Assembly: GCA_050298595.1 (NCBI GenBank)
Contig: JBNKUM010000041.1
Span: 1-59,725 of the forward strand
DNA: 59,725 nucleotides
Direction of reading: 5' to 3'
Origin: Gammaproteobacteria bacterium
GTDB taxonomy: Bacteria > Pseudomonadota > Gammaproteobacteria > GCA-001735895
Position 1 is the first letter of the stretch. Each line of letters opens with the position of its first letter. A program made the position numbers and the translations under genes. Below are positions 29,980 to 41,215 of the stretch, piece after piece. Under the pieces are notes generated by a model. It did not search any database. It had not been told where the DNA came from and saw nothing but the letters and a program-made list of their open reading frames with translations.

Positions 29980-30867
29980 TCACGCTCTTTTGAGACCGCT
30001 AACACGGCACCATTGATCCTGAATGATAACTTTATCAAGTTCGAAGTGCTGTGAATAGGCTTGCATAATGGCATCAGCCTGTGTATCCAGAATACCGGAT
30101 AGCAATAATTGCGATCCGGGGTGGGTCATCTGGTTGAACAAGGGTTCCAGCTGAATCAGTGGTCCGGAAAGAATGTTTGCCATTAAATAGTCCACCACTA
30201 CAGGTTTCCTGTTCAAATCGGGAAGCTGGATGCTGATCTGTTGTGGGTCGATATGATTGCGTATGAAATTCAGTCGCGTGGCTTCCAGAGCCTGAGGGTC
30301 AATATCGATACAGTGAACTTCGCTGGCACCCAGTTTATGGGCAGCGATGGCCAGAATGCCTGAGCCACAGCCATAATCCATCACACTCTTGTTTGTCGGT
30401 GGAAATTGGTCAAGGAATTCCAGGCACAGCGCAGTGGTTGGATGGCTGCCAGTACCGAAGGCAATACCGGGATCGAGAATGATATTGCAGGCATCTGCTT
30501 GAGGCGGCTCATGCCAGCTAGGACATACCCAGATATTTTTACCGAATGGGATAGGCGTGTATCTATCCAGAAATACACGCTCCCATTGCTGGTCTTCCAG
30601 TAGCTCTTTTTTGATATTGGTGACTTGATGTTCGGGCAGCCTTGCCACCAGAGCGTCGTAGAGTTCTTCCAGCGTTTGGTCCTGGTCAAATAATCCTGTG
30701 ATTCTTGAATGTGACCACAGCGGTTGTTCGCCGGGAAGCGGTTCGTAGAGAGGTTCATCGAAAGCATCGCTTATGCTGATGCTTAATGCACCCAGTTCTA
30801 GCAGTTGGTTTTCGGTGTATTCCAGTTCATCTTTTGTGCACTGGACAGTTAGTTGCCACCAGGGCAT
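29980..30867 (-). CDS. prmA: Ribosomal protein L11 methyltransferase
   Basis: LDPGIAFGTGSHPTT, DYGCGSGILAIAA, ANIL. Confidence 0.95.
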   Translation of the reverse strand: MPWWQLTVQCTKDELEYTENQLLELGALSISISDAFDEPLYEPLPGEQPLWSHSRITGLFDQDQTLEELYDALVARLPEHQVTNIKKELLEDQQWERVFLDRYTPIPFGKNIWVCPSWHEPPQADACNIILDPGIAFGTGSHPTTALCLEFLDQFPPTNKSVMDYGCGSGILAIAAHKLGASEVHCIDIDPQALEATRLNFIRNHIDPQQISIQLPDLNRKPVVVDYLMANILSGPLIQLEPLFNQMTHPGSQLLLSGILDTQADAIMQAYSQHFELDKVIIQDQWCRVSGLKRA

Positions 30868-30888
30868 AGCAGGCTCCGCAGAGAAAAT

Positions 30889-30914
30889 ACAGGAACCTGA
30901 AGTCAGGTTCCTGT
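30889..30914 (-). terminator. Hairpin between accC and prmA
   Basis: acaggaacctga-ag-tcaggttcctgt perfect inverted repeat, followed on the minus strand by a short T tract. Confidence 0.55.
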
Positions 30915-30933
30915 GAGGTAAAGACAGATAGGT

Positions 30934-32277
30934 TTAGTGGATACCCAGTTTCTTTTCAAGATAATGGATATCGGCACCACCAGCAGCAAAATTTCCATCG
31001 GTAATGATGTCGTGTTGCAACTGAATATTAGTATTAATACCATCGATTACAATCTCGGATAACGCGCCATGCATACGTGCAATAGCCGACTCACGCGTAT
31101 TGCCATAGGTTATTAGCTTTCCGATCATAGAGTCGTAATAGGGGGGGACAACATAACCATTGTATATGTGAGTATCGAGGCGTACACCAGGTCCACCAGG
31201 AGCATGATATTGCGTGATAGTCCCGGGAGAAGGCATGAAGGTTTTGGAATCTTCAGCGTTCAGGCGACATTCAATGGCATGGCCACGAACCTCGATATCA
31301 GACTGGATATATTTGAGTGGATTGCCTGAAGCTATGGATATCTGTTCGCGAATAATATCTACACCGGTAATCATTTCTGTTACAGGATGTTCAACCTGAA
31401 CCCGGGTGTTCATTTCAATGAAATAAAATTCACCATTCTCGTATAGAAACTCAAAAGTACCAGCGCCTTCATAGCCCATCGCACGGCAGGCTTCGGCACA
31501 ACGATTGCCGATAAACTCACGCTGTTCTTCAGTAATTCCTGGGGCAGGGGCTTCTTCAACCACCTTCTGGTGGCGACGTTGCATAGAGCAGTCACGTTCA
31601 GCCAGATGGATGGCATTACCATGAGAATCAGCAAGAATCTGAATTTCAATATGACGTGGTTTCTCCAGAAATTTTTCCATATACACAACGTCGTTATTAA
31701 ACGCTGCGCCAGCTTCAGACTTCGTCAACTGGATTGCATTTAACAGACTACCTTCGGCATTGACCACACGCATACCACGTCCACCGCCACCACCTGCAGC
31801 TTTGATGATGACCGGATAGCCGATCTCACGAGCGATTCTTATGTTGCGCTCATTATCATCGTTGAGCGGCCCATCTGAACCAGGAACAGTAGGTACGCCT
31901 GCAGCCTTCATGGTTTTAATCGCTTCCACCTTATCACCCATGGTGCGGATGGATTTTGCGCTGGGACCGATAAATTTGAATCCACTGGATTCCACCTGTT
32001 CAGCAAATTCAGCGTTTTCAGATAAAAATCCGTAACCAGGATGTATTGCAGCGGCATTGGTTACTTCAGCAGCACAGATAATTGCAGGAATGTTCAGGTA
32101 GCTTTCGATTGAAGAAGGAGGCCCGATGCAAACCGATTCATCGGCCAGTCGAACATGTTTAAGATCTCTGTCTGCCGTTGAATGAACTGCCACGGTGCGG
32201 ATGCCCATTTCACGACAGGCTCTGAGTATCCGCAGAGCAATTTCACCGCGGTTTGCGATGACTATTTTTTCTAACAT
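30934..32277 (-). CDS. accC: Acetyl-CoA carboxylase, biotin carboxylase subunit
   Basis: [41 protein letters not shown]. Confidence 0.97.
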   Translation of the reverse strand: MLEKIVIANRGEIALRILRACREMGIRTVAVHSTADRDLKHVRLADESVCIGPPSSIESYLNIPAIICAAEVTNAAAIHPGYGFLSENAEFAEQVESSGFKFIGPSAKSIRTMGDKVEAIKTMKAAGVPTVPGSDGPLNDDNERNIRIAREIGYPVIIKAAGGGGGRGMRVVNAEGSLLNAIQLTKSEAGAAFNNDVVYMEKFLEKPRHIEIQILADSHGNAIHLAERDCSMQRRHQKVVEEAPAPGITEEQREFIGNRCAEACRAMGYEGAGTFEFLYENGEFYFIEMNTRVQVEHPVTEMITGVDIIREQISIASGNPLKYIQSDIEVRGHAIECRLNAEDSKTFMPSPGTITQYHAPGGPGVRLDTHIYNGYVVPPYYDSMIGKLITYGNTRESAIARMHGALSEIVIDGINTNIQLQHDIITDGNFAAGGADIHYLEKKLGIH

Positions 32278-32289
32278 AATGATTATTCT

Positions 32290-32736
32290 CTAGTCGATGA
32301 CAAATAATTCCTGGTCAAATTCGACCGGCTGGCCATTTTCCAGCAGGGCCTGTCGAATTGTGCCAGATTTATCAGCTTCGATCTGATTCATCATTTTCAT
32401 GGCTTCGATGATACACAGGGTATCGCCAATATTGACCTTTTGACCTACCTTAACAAAAGGCGGCGCTGTAGGTGAGGGTGAAGCGTAGTAAGTGCCTACC
32501 ATCGGAGATTTAATTCTATGCCCTGTTTTCTCTGGTACCGCAGCTTCAACCGCAGCGGCTGGATCAGCAGGTACTGCAGCAACAGGAGCCTGCATCATCG
32601 CTGGTGCAGGGGCAAAGGTTTGTGGGTTAGTCTGACGGCTGATTCGAACGGATTCTTCGCCTTCCTTGATTTCCAGTTCTGCAATACCGGATTCTTCCAG
32701 TAGTTCAATAAGTTTTTTTATTTTACGAATGTCCAT
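32290..32736 (-). CDS. accB: Biotin carboxyl carrier protein
   Basis: [12 protein letters not shown] start; EAMKMMN biotinylation motif. Confidence 0.96.
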   Translation of the reverse strand: MDIRKIKKLIELLEESGIAELEIKEGEESVRISRQTNPQTFAPAPAMMQAPVAAVPADPAAAVEAAVPEKTGHRIKSPMVGTYYASPSPTAPPFVKVGQKVNIGDTLCIIEAMKMMNQIEADKSGTIRQALLENGQPVEFDQELFVID

Positions 32737-32761
32737 GGGGTTCTCTGTACCTGTTAACTTC

Positions 32762-33217
32762 TCATAAGGGTGAAATAGATGATTTGCATCGAGCAATGGC
32801 GGCGTGCAGGGCAAGTAGATAACTATCTTTACCCAGACCAATGATTACACCGACTGCAATATCAGATAAATACGAGTGCTGCCTGAATTCTTCACGCGCA
32901 TGTACATTGGAAAGATGTACTTCGATGAAGGGGGTTTTACAACCGAGAAAAGCATCGCGAATGGCAACGCTGGTATGAGTAAAAGCAGCGGGATTGATCA
33001 CAATAAAATCGGTGCCATCATCAATTGTCTGGTGTAACCGGTCAACAATCTGTCCTTCATGGTTAGACTGAAAAGTGGTCAGTCCAACCTCATAACCTTT
33101 GGCTAAATCAGTAAGCTCCTGGTTGATAGACTGGAGAGTATCTTCACCGTAGAGGCCGGGTTCTCTAATACCCAGAAGATTCAGATTTGGACCGTGGATA
33201 ACCAGGATGTTGGGCAT
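32762..33217 (-). CDS. aroQ: Type II 3-dehydroquinate dehydratase
   Basis: [35 protein letters not shown]. Confidence 0.96.
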   Translation of the reverse strand: MPNILVIHGPNLNLLGIREPGLYGEDTLQSINQELTDLAKGYEVGLTTFQSNHEGQIVDRLHQTIDDGTDFIVINPAAFTHTSVAIRDAFLGCKTPFIEVHLSNVHAREEFRQHSYLSDIAVGVIIGLGKDSYLLALHAAIARCKSSISPL

Positions 33218-33327
33218 TTTTATCGAGTTTTTATAGGTTGATCAAATTTTGACGGCAATTGAAACATACCTGCAAGATCGTGTCTAGTTTTCACTAATTT
33301 AGCGACATTCTTCGCAATGTTGCACTT

Positions 33328-33897
33328 TTAAATTTTAAGCTCAGGTTTAATAACGGACTCAATCTGTGACTTATCCAGTTCACCGCTATGACGATAGATA
33401 ATCTCGCGTTCGGCATTTAATATGACGGTAAATGGAAGCCCGCCGCTATTGTTCCCAAAGTATTGATTGAGTTGCTGGGCCTGCTGGTCAACTAAAAGCA
33501 AAGGGTAATTAAAATCGAATTGAGTGCTGAACTCGCGCACATTTTCAACACTGTCGAAAGATAAACCAACCAGTTGCAGTTGTTCGGCATACTCTTTCTG
33601 TATTTCAATCAGATCAGGAATCTCTCGCCGACAGGGTGCACACCAGGGAGCCCAGAAGTTAACCACGAGGAGTGGTTTTTGATCCCATTGATTTAACGGC
33701 TGCGGCTTCTGGTTAACATCTGGCAGGGTAATGTCATTGAATTTCAGCAACGATTGAGGCTTAGGTTTTTGCGAAAGATCTCGAGTTACGGCTGCGCTAG
33801 TAAACTGTGGCTGGTAAATAAAATAGCGGTAGAGCAGGATGCCCGCCAGTGCAGACAGCAGGCTAACTACTATGACAGTTACCAGTTCACGATTCAC
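33328..33897 (-). CDS. TlpA-family disulfide reductase
   Basis: N-terminal TM; NFWAPWCAPCRREIP; GLPFT. Confidence 0.88.
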   Translation of the reverse strand: MNRELVTVIVVSLLSALAGILLYRYFIYQPQFTSAAVTRDLSQKPKPQSLLKFNDITLPDVNQKPQPLNQWDQKPLLVVNFWAPWCAPCRREIPDLIEIQKEYAEQLQLVGLSFDSVENVREFSTQFDFNYPLLLVDQQAQQLNQYFGNNSGGLPFTVILNAEREIIYRHSGELDKSQIESVIKPELKI

Positions 33898-33906
33898 TAC
33901 AGTTGA

Positions 33907-36339
33907 CTATTGCGCGTAATATTTATTGATGTGTGCAGCAAACTGTTCACCGGTCATTTGACCGACTACTCGGCTGCCTTCAATTTCCTGACCATTACGG
34001 TCAAAAAACAGTATGGCCGGTGGGCCATAGATACCGAGTGATTTCATGAAAAGCTGATCAGTTTTATCGTTGTCGGTAACATCAGTTTGCAGGGTTTCGA
34101 AGCCGCTTAATGCGGAGAGCACCGCAGGATGTGGGAATGCATATTTCTCCATCTCCTTACACGAGATGCACCAGTCAGCATAAAAATCCAGCATCACAGG
34201 TTTTCCTCTGGCGGCATTTAATGCCTGTTTCAACCCATCCTCGCCCTTTATCTGTTTGAAATTTAAATGAGCGGATGTCTGTGCTGATCCCGCAGAAGTG
34301 GCGACCGAACCGGTGATGCCTTTAAGCGGCTGGATCAGGTCTTTGCTGCCTGCTGCAACACCGTAGAGATAAAACAGGCCATAGATTAGTAATACCAGTC
34401 CCAGACCTTTCCAGAGTTTACGCCAGCCGGAAGCTGTTTCAGGCAGACTGGTCATTGCACCCATGTAGACGGAGGTTGTGATAACAAGCACCGCCATCAG
34501 CAACATGGTGATAGAGGTTGGTAATACACGCTCCATCAGCCAGATCGCAACAGCAATCAGTGCCACACCGAAAACCGCTTTAACCGCTTCCATCCAGGTT
34601 CCTGCACGTGGTAGCAGGTTACCAGCAGTGGTGCCGATGAGTAGTAGCGGTGTTCCCATACCCATACCGAGAGCAAATAGCGCGAGACCACCCAGTTGCC
34701 AGTCCTGAGTTTGTGAGATAAAGATCAATGCGCCCACCAGCGGTGCAGTGATGCAGGGGCCTACGATTAATGCCGATAGCAATCCCATGATGCCAACACC
34801 AACCAGATTCCCACCTTCCTGCTTATTACTAAATTCAGTCAGGCGGCTCTGAATGAAAGAGGGCATTTGCAGGTCATAAAATCCAAACATGGAAAGTGCT
34901 AATAAAACAAAGATAGAAGCAAAAATACTCAGGATAATGGGATCCTGGAACCAGGCCTGGATATTAAATTCTGCGCCAAAGCGTCCGACCACGGCTCCGG
35001 CAATCGCATAGGTTGAAGCCATTGCCAGTACATAAACCAGAGACAGGGTAAATGCCTTGCGTGTCGTAATGTTATCGCCCTGACCAGCGATAATGCCGGA
35101 CAGGATGGGGATCATGGGGAATACGCAAGGCGTGAAAGTAAGTAACAGGCCGGCCAGGAAGAATGAGCCGAGTATGATGAACAGGCTTTCGTTTGCGATG
35201 ATACTGGCAAAACGATCCTGTTCATTTTGCTCGGCTGCAGGGGCCTGTGATGCCTCAGTGGCAGGCGATGCTAGCGCACTAACGGTCGGCGTAGTTTTGT
35301 CCAGTACAGGTTTGTCATCCAGTATGTCCAGTGTTTTACTGGCTAAATCAACCTTCAGATATTTGGTGATTGGCGGATAACAGATTTTATCCTCTACACA
35401 GCCCTGGTAGCCCATGGAAATAACATATTGAGAACTCGCATTGGGATCGCTGATGACGGGTACAGAAACCTTGAAATAGTCATGATAAACCTCCATCAGC
35501 CCAAAAAATTCATCGTTCTTTTCATCACCTTTGGGTAGCGAGATCGCGCCGATAGTATGTCCTTCACCATCGAGCATTTTGAATTTCATTTTATTCTTAT
35601 AAAGATAGGTGTGGCTATAGAGCTGAATTTCTGCCTGAATGATATTGTTCTTATCTATCACAGCTCCCAGTTGAAAAGCTTTATCAGGATCGGGGATTTC
35701 TTCATCATCCGCACCAATATCAGCTCCCAGGGCCTGTAACTGATCTAATGGATTGGAGCTGTTGCCGTTGGCATTATCCGCAGCGGGATTTTCTGTAGCC
35801 TGAGCAAAAAGGTTCTGTAATTCAGCAACGCTATTATCTACCGTTTCTGCTGCAGCAACCTTGACCGGCTTGAATTCATAGGGCTGGGGAGAGACGCTAG
35901 CGCTACTGGCCATGTTCATGCTCAAGGTCTGGTAGAGCGGTGGGTAGCATACACCCATGTCGGCACAGCCCTGGCCGGTGGTTTTTATCTTGATTTGAGC
36001 AGGAGTCGATGCGCCTTCAGCAAGAACCGGTAGCTTGATGGCTACGCTGTCACGATAAATCTCAACATCGCCAAAAAAATCATCATGTTTGATCATGCCA
36101 TCGGGAACAGAGGCTTCTCCGAAGGTCACTCCATCGGTTTCAAGGTCGAAGCGGAATGCTTCGCGATACATATAATAACCCGGAGCAATGGTGTACTCGG
36201 CGATGACGGCATTGTTTTCAACCCTGGCCTGTAGACTGAAAGCTTTTTCAGGAGCCAGTAATTCTTCATCCTGGGCAAACGAAGTTTGTAGTATGCCGAG
36301 GCAGGCCAGTAAGATTAAAAACTGTTTCATTATTCTCAT
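33907..36339 (-). CDS. dsbD: Thiol:disulfide interchange protein DsbD with duplicated N-terminal domain
   Basis: QGCADMGVCYPP and QGCVEDKICYPP; FTPCVFPMIP; VGPCITAPL; FYADWCISCKE. Confidence 0.93.
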   Translation of the reverse strand: MRIMKQFLILLACLGILQTSFAQDEELLAPEKAFSLQARVENNAVIAEYTIAPGYYMYREAFRFDLETDGVTFGEASVPDGMIKHDDFFGDVEIYRDSVAIKLPVLAEGASTPAQIKIKTTGQGCADMGVCYPPLYQTLSMNMASSASVSPQPYEFKPVKVAAAETVDNSVAELQNLFAQATENPAADNANGNSSNPLDQLQALGADIGADDEEIPDPDKAFQLGAVIDKNNIIQAEIQLYSHTYLYKNKMKFKMLDGEGHTIGAISLPKGDEKNDEFFGLMEVYHDYFKVSVPVISDPNASSQYVISMGYQGCVEDKICYPPITKYLKVDLASKTLDILDDKPVLDKTTPTVSALASPATEASQAPAAEQNEQDRFASIIANESLFIILGSFFLAGLLLTFTPCVFPMIPILSGIIAGQGDNITTRKAFTLSLVYVLAMASTYAIAGAVVGRFGAEFNIQAWFQDPIILSIFASIFVLLALSMFGFYDLQMPSFIQSRLTEFSNKQEGGNLVGVGIMGLLSALIVGPCITAPLVGALIFISQTQDWQLGGLALFALGMGMGTPLLLIGTTAGNLLPRAGTWMEAVKAVFGVALIAVAIWLMERVLPTSITMLLMAVLVITTSVYMGAMTSLPETASGWRKLWKGLGLVLLIYGLFYLYGVAAGSKDLIQPLKGITGSVATSAGSAQTSAHLNFKQIKGEDGLKQALNAARGKPVMLDFYADWCISCKEMEKYAFPHPAVLSALSGFETLQTDVTDNDKTDQLFMKSLGIYGPPAILFFDRNGQEIEGSRVVGQMTGEQFAAHINKYYAQ

Positions 36340-36653
36340 TCGGTATTACCTTTAATCCAGTTTATGTATTCATCGTAGCCACCTGTTACGGGTAGCTGAA
36401 GTATTTCCGGGCATTCGTAGGGGTGTAACTCCACAATCGATTGCATCAACTCATCTACTCGATGAGCGCTGGTTTTTAATAACATTTGGTGTTCGGTGCC
36501 AGTTTGAATTTCACCATCCCAGCGATAAATAGATGTCATCTCAGGGAGAATGTTGACGCAGGCAACGAGGTTTAGTTCCAGCCATTTAGCTGCGGCCTGC
36601 TTTGCTAACTGCTCATCTGGCCAGGTTGTCAGTATCAAAACGATATTTTTCAT
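36336..36653 (-). CDS. cutA: Divalent-cation tolerance protein CutA
   Basis: ACVNI...SIYRW.G; HPYECPEI. Confidence 0.93.
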   Translation of the reverse strand: MKNIVLILTTWPDEQLAKQAAAKWLELNLVACVNILPEMTSIYRWDGEIQTGTEHQMLLKTSAHRVDELMQSIVELHPYECPEILQLPVTGGYDEYINWIKGNTE

Positions 36654-36758
36654 AGCAATATATCCGCATAACCGTTAATTATTTGTTGATTGCTATGCAA
36701 TCGTCCCTATATTGACTATACAGACTCACAAAACGCGCATTCTATTCCCGGCTAATTT

Positions 36759-37217
36759 ATGTTTCCAGTTTTTGCTCTTATCTTTTTGGTTGTTCCCATC
36801 GTCGAAATATACATCCTGATTCAGGTTGGTCAGGTCATTGGGGCGTTGTGGACGGTATTCTTTGTCGTGCTGACAGCAGTGATCGGGGTTCAGTTATTAA
36901 AAAGGCAAGGGCTTTCTACTCTGTCACGGGCTCAGGATAAGATGAATCATGGCGAAATGCCCGCACAGGAATTACTGGAAGGGATGGCCCTGATGATGGC
37001 AGGAGCTTTTTTGCTAACTCCTGGATTCTTTACTGATGCGTTTGGTTTTCTGCTATTAATACCGGCTACTCGTAAGATGATGATGCAGGCTATTATCACT
37101 CGACTTAAGGCTTCGGGGCGCTACGTGATCAATACCTCCTCCCAGCAATACAAGCCCAGTTCCGATAAGTCGGGCGACGTGATCGATGGTGTTAATTATC
37201 GTAAGGAAGATGAATAA
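36759..37217 (+). CDS. fxsA: FxsA family membrane protein
   Basis: VPIVEI; LLTPGFFTD; upstream of groES. Confidence 0.92.
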   Translation: MFPVFALIFLVVPIVEIYILIQVGQVIGALWTVFFVVLTAVIGVQLLKRQGLSTLSRAQDKMNHGEMPAQELLEGMALMMAGAFLLTPGFFTDAFGFLLLIPATRKMMMQAIITRLKASGRYVINTSSQQYKPSSDKSGDVIDGVNYRKEDE

Positions 37218-37249
37218 TCGGGATTAATCTTGATTTTTTTATTTTAGCG

Positions 37250-37277
37250 CTTGAATCCCTACAAACCATCCCAATAT
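37250..37277 (+). promoter_or_regulatory. Sigma32 (RpoH)-like heat-shock promoter
   Basis: CTTGAA at 37250-37255 and CCCAATAT at 37270-37277, upstream of groES. Confidence 0.6.
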
Positions 37278-37307
37278 AGCTTGACTACTCAGCTTTGCTG
37301 ATTATGA

Positions 37308-37334
37308 TTAGCACTCGCCAAGGTAGAGTGCTAA
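37308..37334. promoter_or_regulatory. CIRCE (HrcA operator)
   Basis: Perfect TTAGCACTC-N9-GAGTGCTAA. Confidence 0.95.
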
Positions 37335-37370
37335 CACTCGTTTAACTAATAATTTAGGAGATTTCAATCA

Positions 37371-37658
37371 ATGAATATTCGTCCTTTGCATGACCGTGTG
37401 GTTGTCAGACGTATGGAAGAGGAGCGTACTACAGCAGGTGGTATCGTCATTCCTGATTCCGCAACAGAAAAGCCTAGTACAGGTGAAGTGATCGCTGTAG
37501 GTAAAGGCAAAATCGCTGATTCTGGCGAAGTTTGCGCTATGGACGTAAAAGTCGGTGACAAAGTAATGTTCGGTAAGTACTCAGGTACTGAAGTGAAGGT
37601 TGACGGTGAAGAGCTGTTAATCATGCGCGAAGACGACATTATGGCTGTTGTTGAATAA
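37371..37658 (+). CDS. groES: Co-chaperonin GroES
   Basis: [29 protein letters not shown]. Confidence 0.98.
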   Translation: MNIRPLHDRVVVRRMEEERTTAGGIVIPDSATEKPSTGEVIAVGKGKIADSGEVCAMDVKVGDKVMFGKYSGTEVKVDGEELLIMREDDIMAVVE

Positions 37659-37666
37659 TTAACTAG

Positions 37667-39334
<1,668 letters not shown>

Positions 39335-39340
39335 AGGGAT

Positions 39341-39386
39341 TTACGAATACTGCGAGCGCAGGGATGCGCAAGAGCAGTGGATGTAA
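39341..39386. repeat. REP-like imperfect hairpin with CAGGGATG apex
   Basis: Nested arms ttac/gtaa, actgc/gcagt, gcgca/tgcgc. Confidence 0.5.
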
Positions 39387-39411
39387 GCCATCCAACATTC
39401 TTTCTGTTGAT

Positions 39412-39440
39412 AAAAAGCCCCGCTTGGCGGGGCTTTTTTT
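39412..39440 (+). terminator. Rho-independent terminator of groESL
   Basis: aaaaagccccgc-ttg-gcggggcttttttt. Confidence 0.9.
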
Positions 39441-39727
39441 ATGCATTAATTAATTTGGTAAATCGGTAGATGTATAGGCGATTCGTTAAATTAAGCGAGT
39501 GGATAGAACGACTGATCGCTAACAAAAAAAACGAGTTTTTGATCTAATAATGTTTTACAATGCGCGAAGATGGCGGATATATCATATGAAATTATGTGTA
39601 ATCTGTTGTCTTAAATACAATTAGTTGCACGTGATCAAAGTTTTTTCGCAGTTCAAGTGGTATCGCAGAAATGCGCCTTTATCAGATTTTGCAATTGATT
39701 CTTTTTTTTCTTTTAAAGGTGAATATT

Positions 39728-39934
39728 ATGACTACAGGAACCGTTAAGTGGTTTAACGAAACAAAAGGCTTCGGCTTTATTACTCCTTCCGATGGCACAG
39801 CTGACGTATTTGTACATTTTTCTTCAATTCAGGGTGATGGTTTCAAAACTCTGAACGAAGGTCAGAATGTTACATTTGACGTTGAGAATGGTCCTAAAGG
39901 TTTGCAGGCGGCTAACGTCCTTCCAGCGAGCTAA
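39728..39934 (+). CDS. Cold-shock protein (CspA family)
   Basis: [22 protein letters not shown]; start at MTTG. Confidence 0.95.
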   Translation: MTTGTVKWFNETKGFGFITPSDGTADVFVHFSSIQGDGFKTLNEGQNVTFDVENGPKGLQAANVLPAS

Positions 39935-39957
39935 TAAAGATACATCTAATATCTTTT

Positions 39958-39988
39958 AAAAGCCCTGCATTGCTGCAGGGCTTTTTTT
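39958..39988. terminator. Bidirectional Rho-independent terminator
   Basis: aaaagccctgca-ttgc-tgcagggcttttttt between convergent genes. Confidence 0.88.
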
Positions 39989-40018
39989 ATGCCTTAAAAA
40001 ATTTGACTTGCTCTTTGT

Positions 40019-40234
40019 TTAGCTAAGTAATTTATAGTTAGTACCACAATAAGGGCACCTGGCTTCACCACCATTTTCTTCAACCGGGATGTAAACGCGT
40101 GGGTGAGAGTTCCACAGGCTACTACCTTCAGTTGGGCAGTGGATCGGCAAGTCAGAAGCCTTTACTTCAACTGCGGTTTTAGCATTAGGCGTTGAATAAT
40201 CATTCTGATGTGCTGCTGTGTCAGGGTTTACCAT
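40019..40234 (-). CDS. zf-CHCC zinc-finger protein
   Basis: HCP....LWNSHPRVY......CPYCGT. Confidence 0.88.
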   Translation of the reverse strand: MVNPDTAAHQNDYSTPNAKTAVEVKASDLPIHCPTEGSSLWNSHPRVYIPVEENGGEARCPYCGTNYKLLS

Positions 40235-40262
40235 AATCGTTATCCAGGGTTGCTGTACGAAA

Positions 40263-41183
40263 CTATTTAATAAAGGTCAGTAAGTCCAGATGCTTTTGGT
40301 TTCGACCATGTACTAAATCGAAATAAGCGGTCTGTAACTTTTCAGTAATGGGTCCGCGGCCTTGACCAATGGGTCGATTATCCAGTTCACGAATCGGCGT
40401 GACTTCAGCGGCGGTACCGGTAAAGAATGCTTCATCTGCAATGTAAACTTCATCTCGAGTGATACGTTTTTCTTTAATGGTTAGCCCCATATCTTCAGCA
40501 AGTGCGAATATGGTTTTGCGAGTAATGCCATTTAAGGCGGAAGTGACTTCCGGGGTATAAATCTGACCATCTTTGATGACAAAAATATTTTCTCCACTTC
40601 CTTCCGCGACGTATCCTTCAGGGTCAAGCAGTAGAGCTTCATCATAACCATCATTCAAAGCCTGTTGCAGCGCCATCATTGAGTTGATGTATTGACCATT
40701 CGCTTTTGCCTTGGTTACGGCAATATTCGGATGGTGGCGGGTAAATGATGATGTTTTGATGCGTATGCCTTTTTCCATACCTTCGGCACCCAGATAGGCG
40801 CCCCATTCCCAGGCTGCAACTATCACATGTACTTTAAGACCATCGGCACGCAGCCCCATGGCTTCTGATCCATAAAACACCATTGGGCGTATGTAAGCGC
40901 TGTCCAGATTGTTATCTTTAACAGCAGCTACCTGAGCATCCATCATTTCCTGTTTGCTGAAGGGTAGTTGCATACCTAGTATCTTGCAGGAATCGATCAA
41001 TCGATTAGTGTGCGCTTCAAGTGCGAAAATAGCGGTACCCTGGTCTGCGTGATAGGCTCTAACGCCTTCGAAGGCTCCCATGCCATAGTGCAGCGTATGG
41101 GTGAGTACGTGCACCTGGGCTTCTCTCCATGGCACCATTTTGCCATCAAACCAGATGAAACCATCACGATCAGACATCGACAT
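40263..41183 (-). CDS. ilvE: Branched-chain amino acid aminotransferase
   Basis: HTLHYGMGAFEGVRAY, KANGQYINS, EGSGENIF, FFTGTAAEVTPI. Confidence 0.95.
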   Translation of the reverse strand: MSMSDRDGFIWFDGKMVPWREAQVHVLTHTLHYGMGAFEGVRAYHADQGTAIFALEAHTNRLIDSCKILGMQLPFSKQEMMDAQVAAVKDNNLDSAYIRPMVFYGSEAMGLRADGLKVHVIVAAWEWGAYLGAEGMEKGIRIKTSSFTRHHPNIAVTKAKANGQYINSMMALQQALNDGYDEALLLDPEGYVAEGSGENIFVIKDGQIYTPEVTSALNGITRKTIFALAEDMGLTIKEKRITRDEVYIADEAFFTGTAAEVTPIRELDNRPIGQGRGPITEKLQTAYFDLVHGRNQKHLDLLTFIK

Positions 41184-41215
41184 TTTTTAATTCTCCGAGA
41201 TATTTCTGTAGTAAT

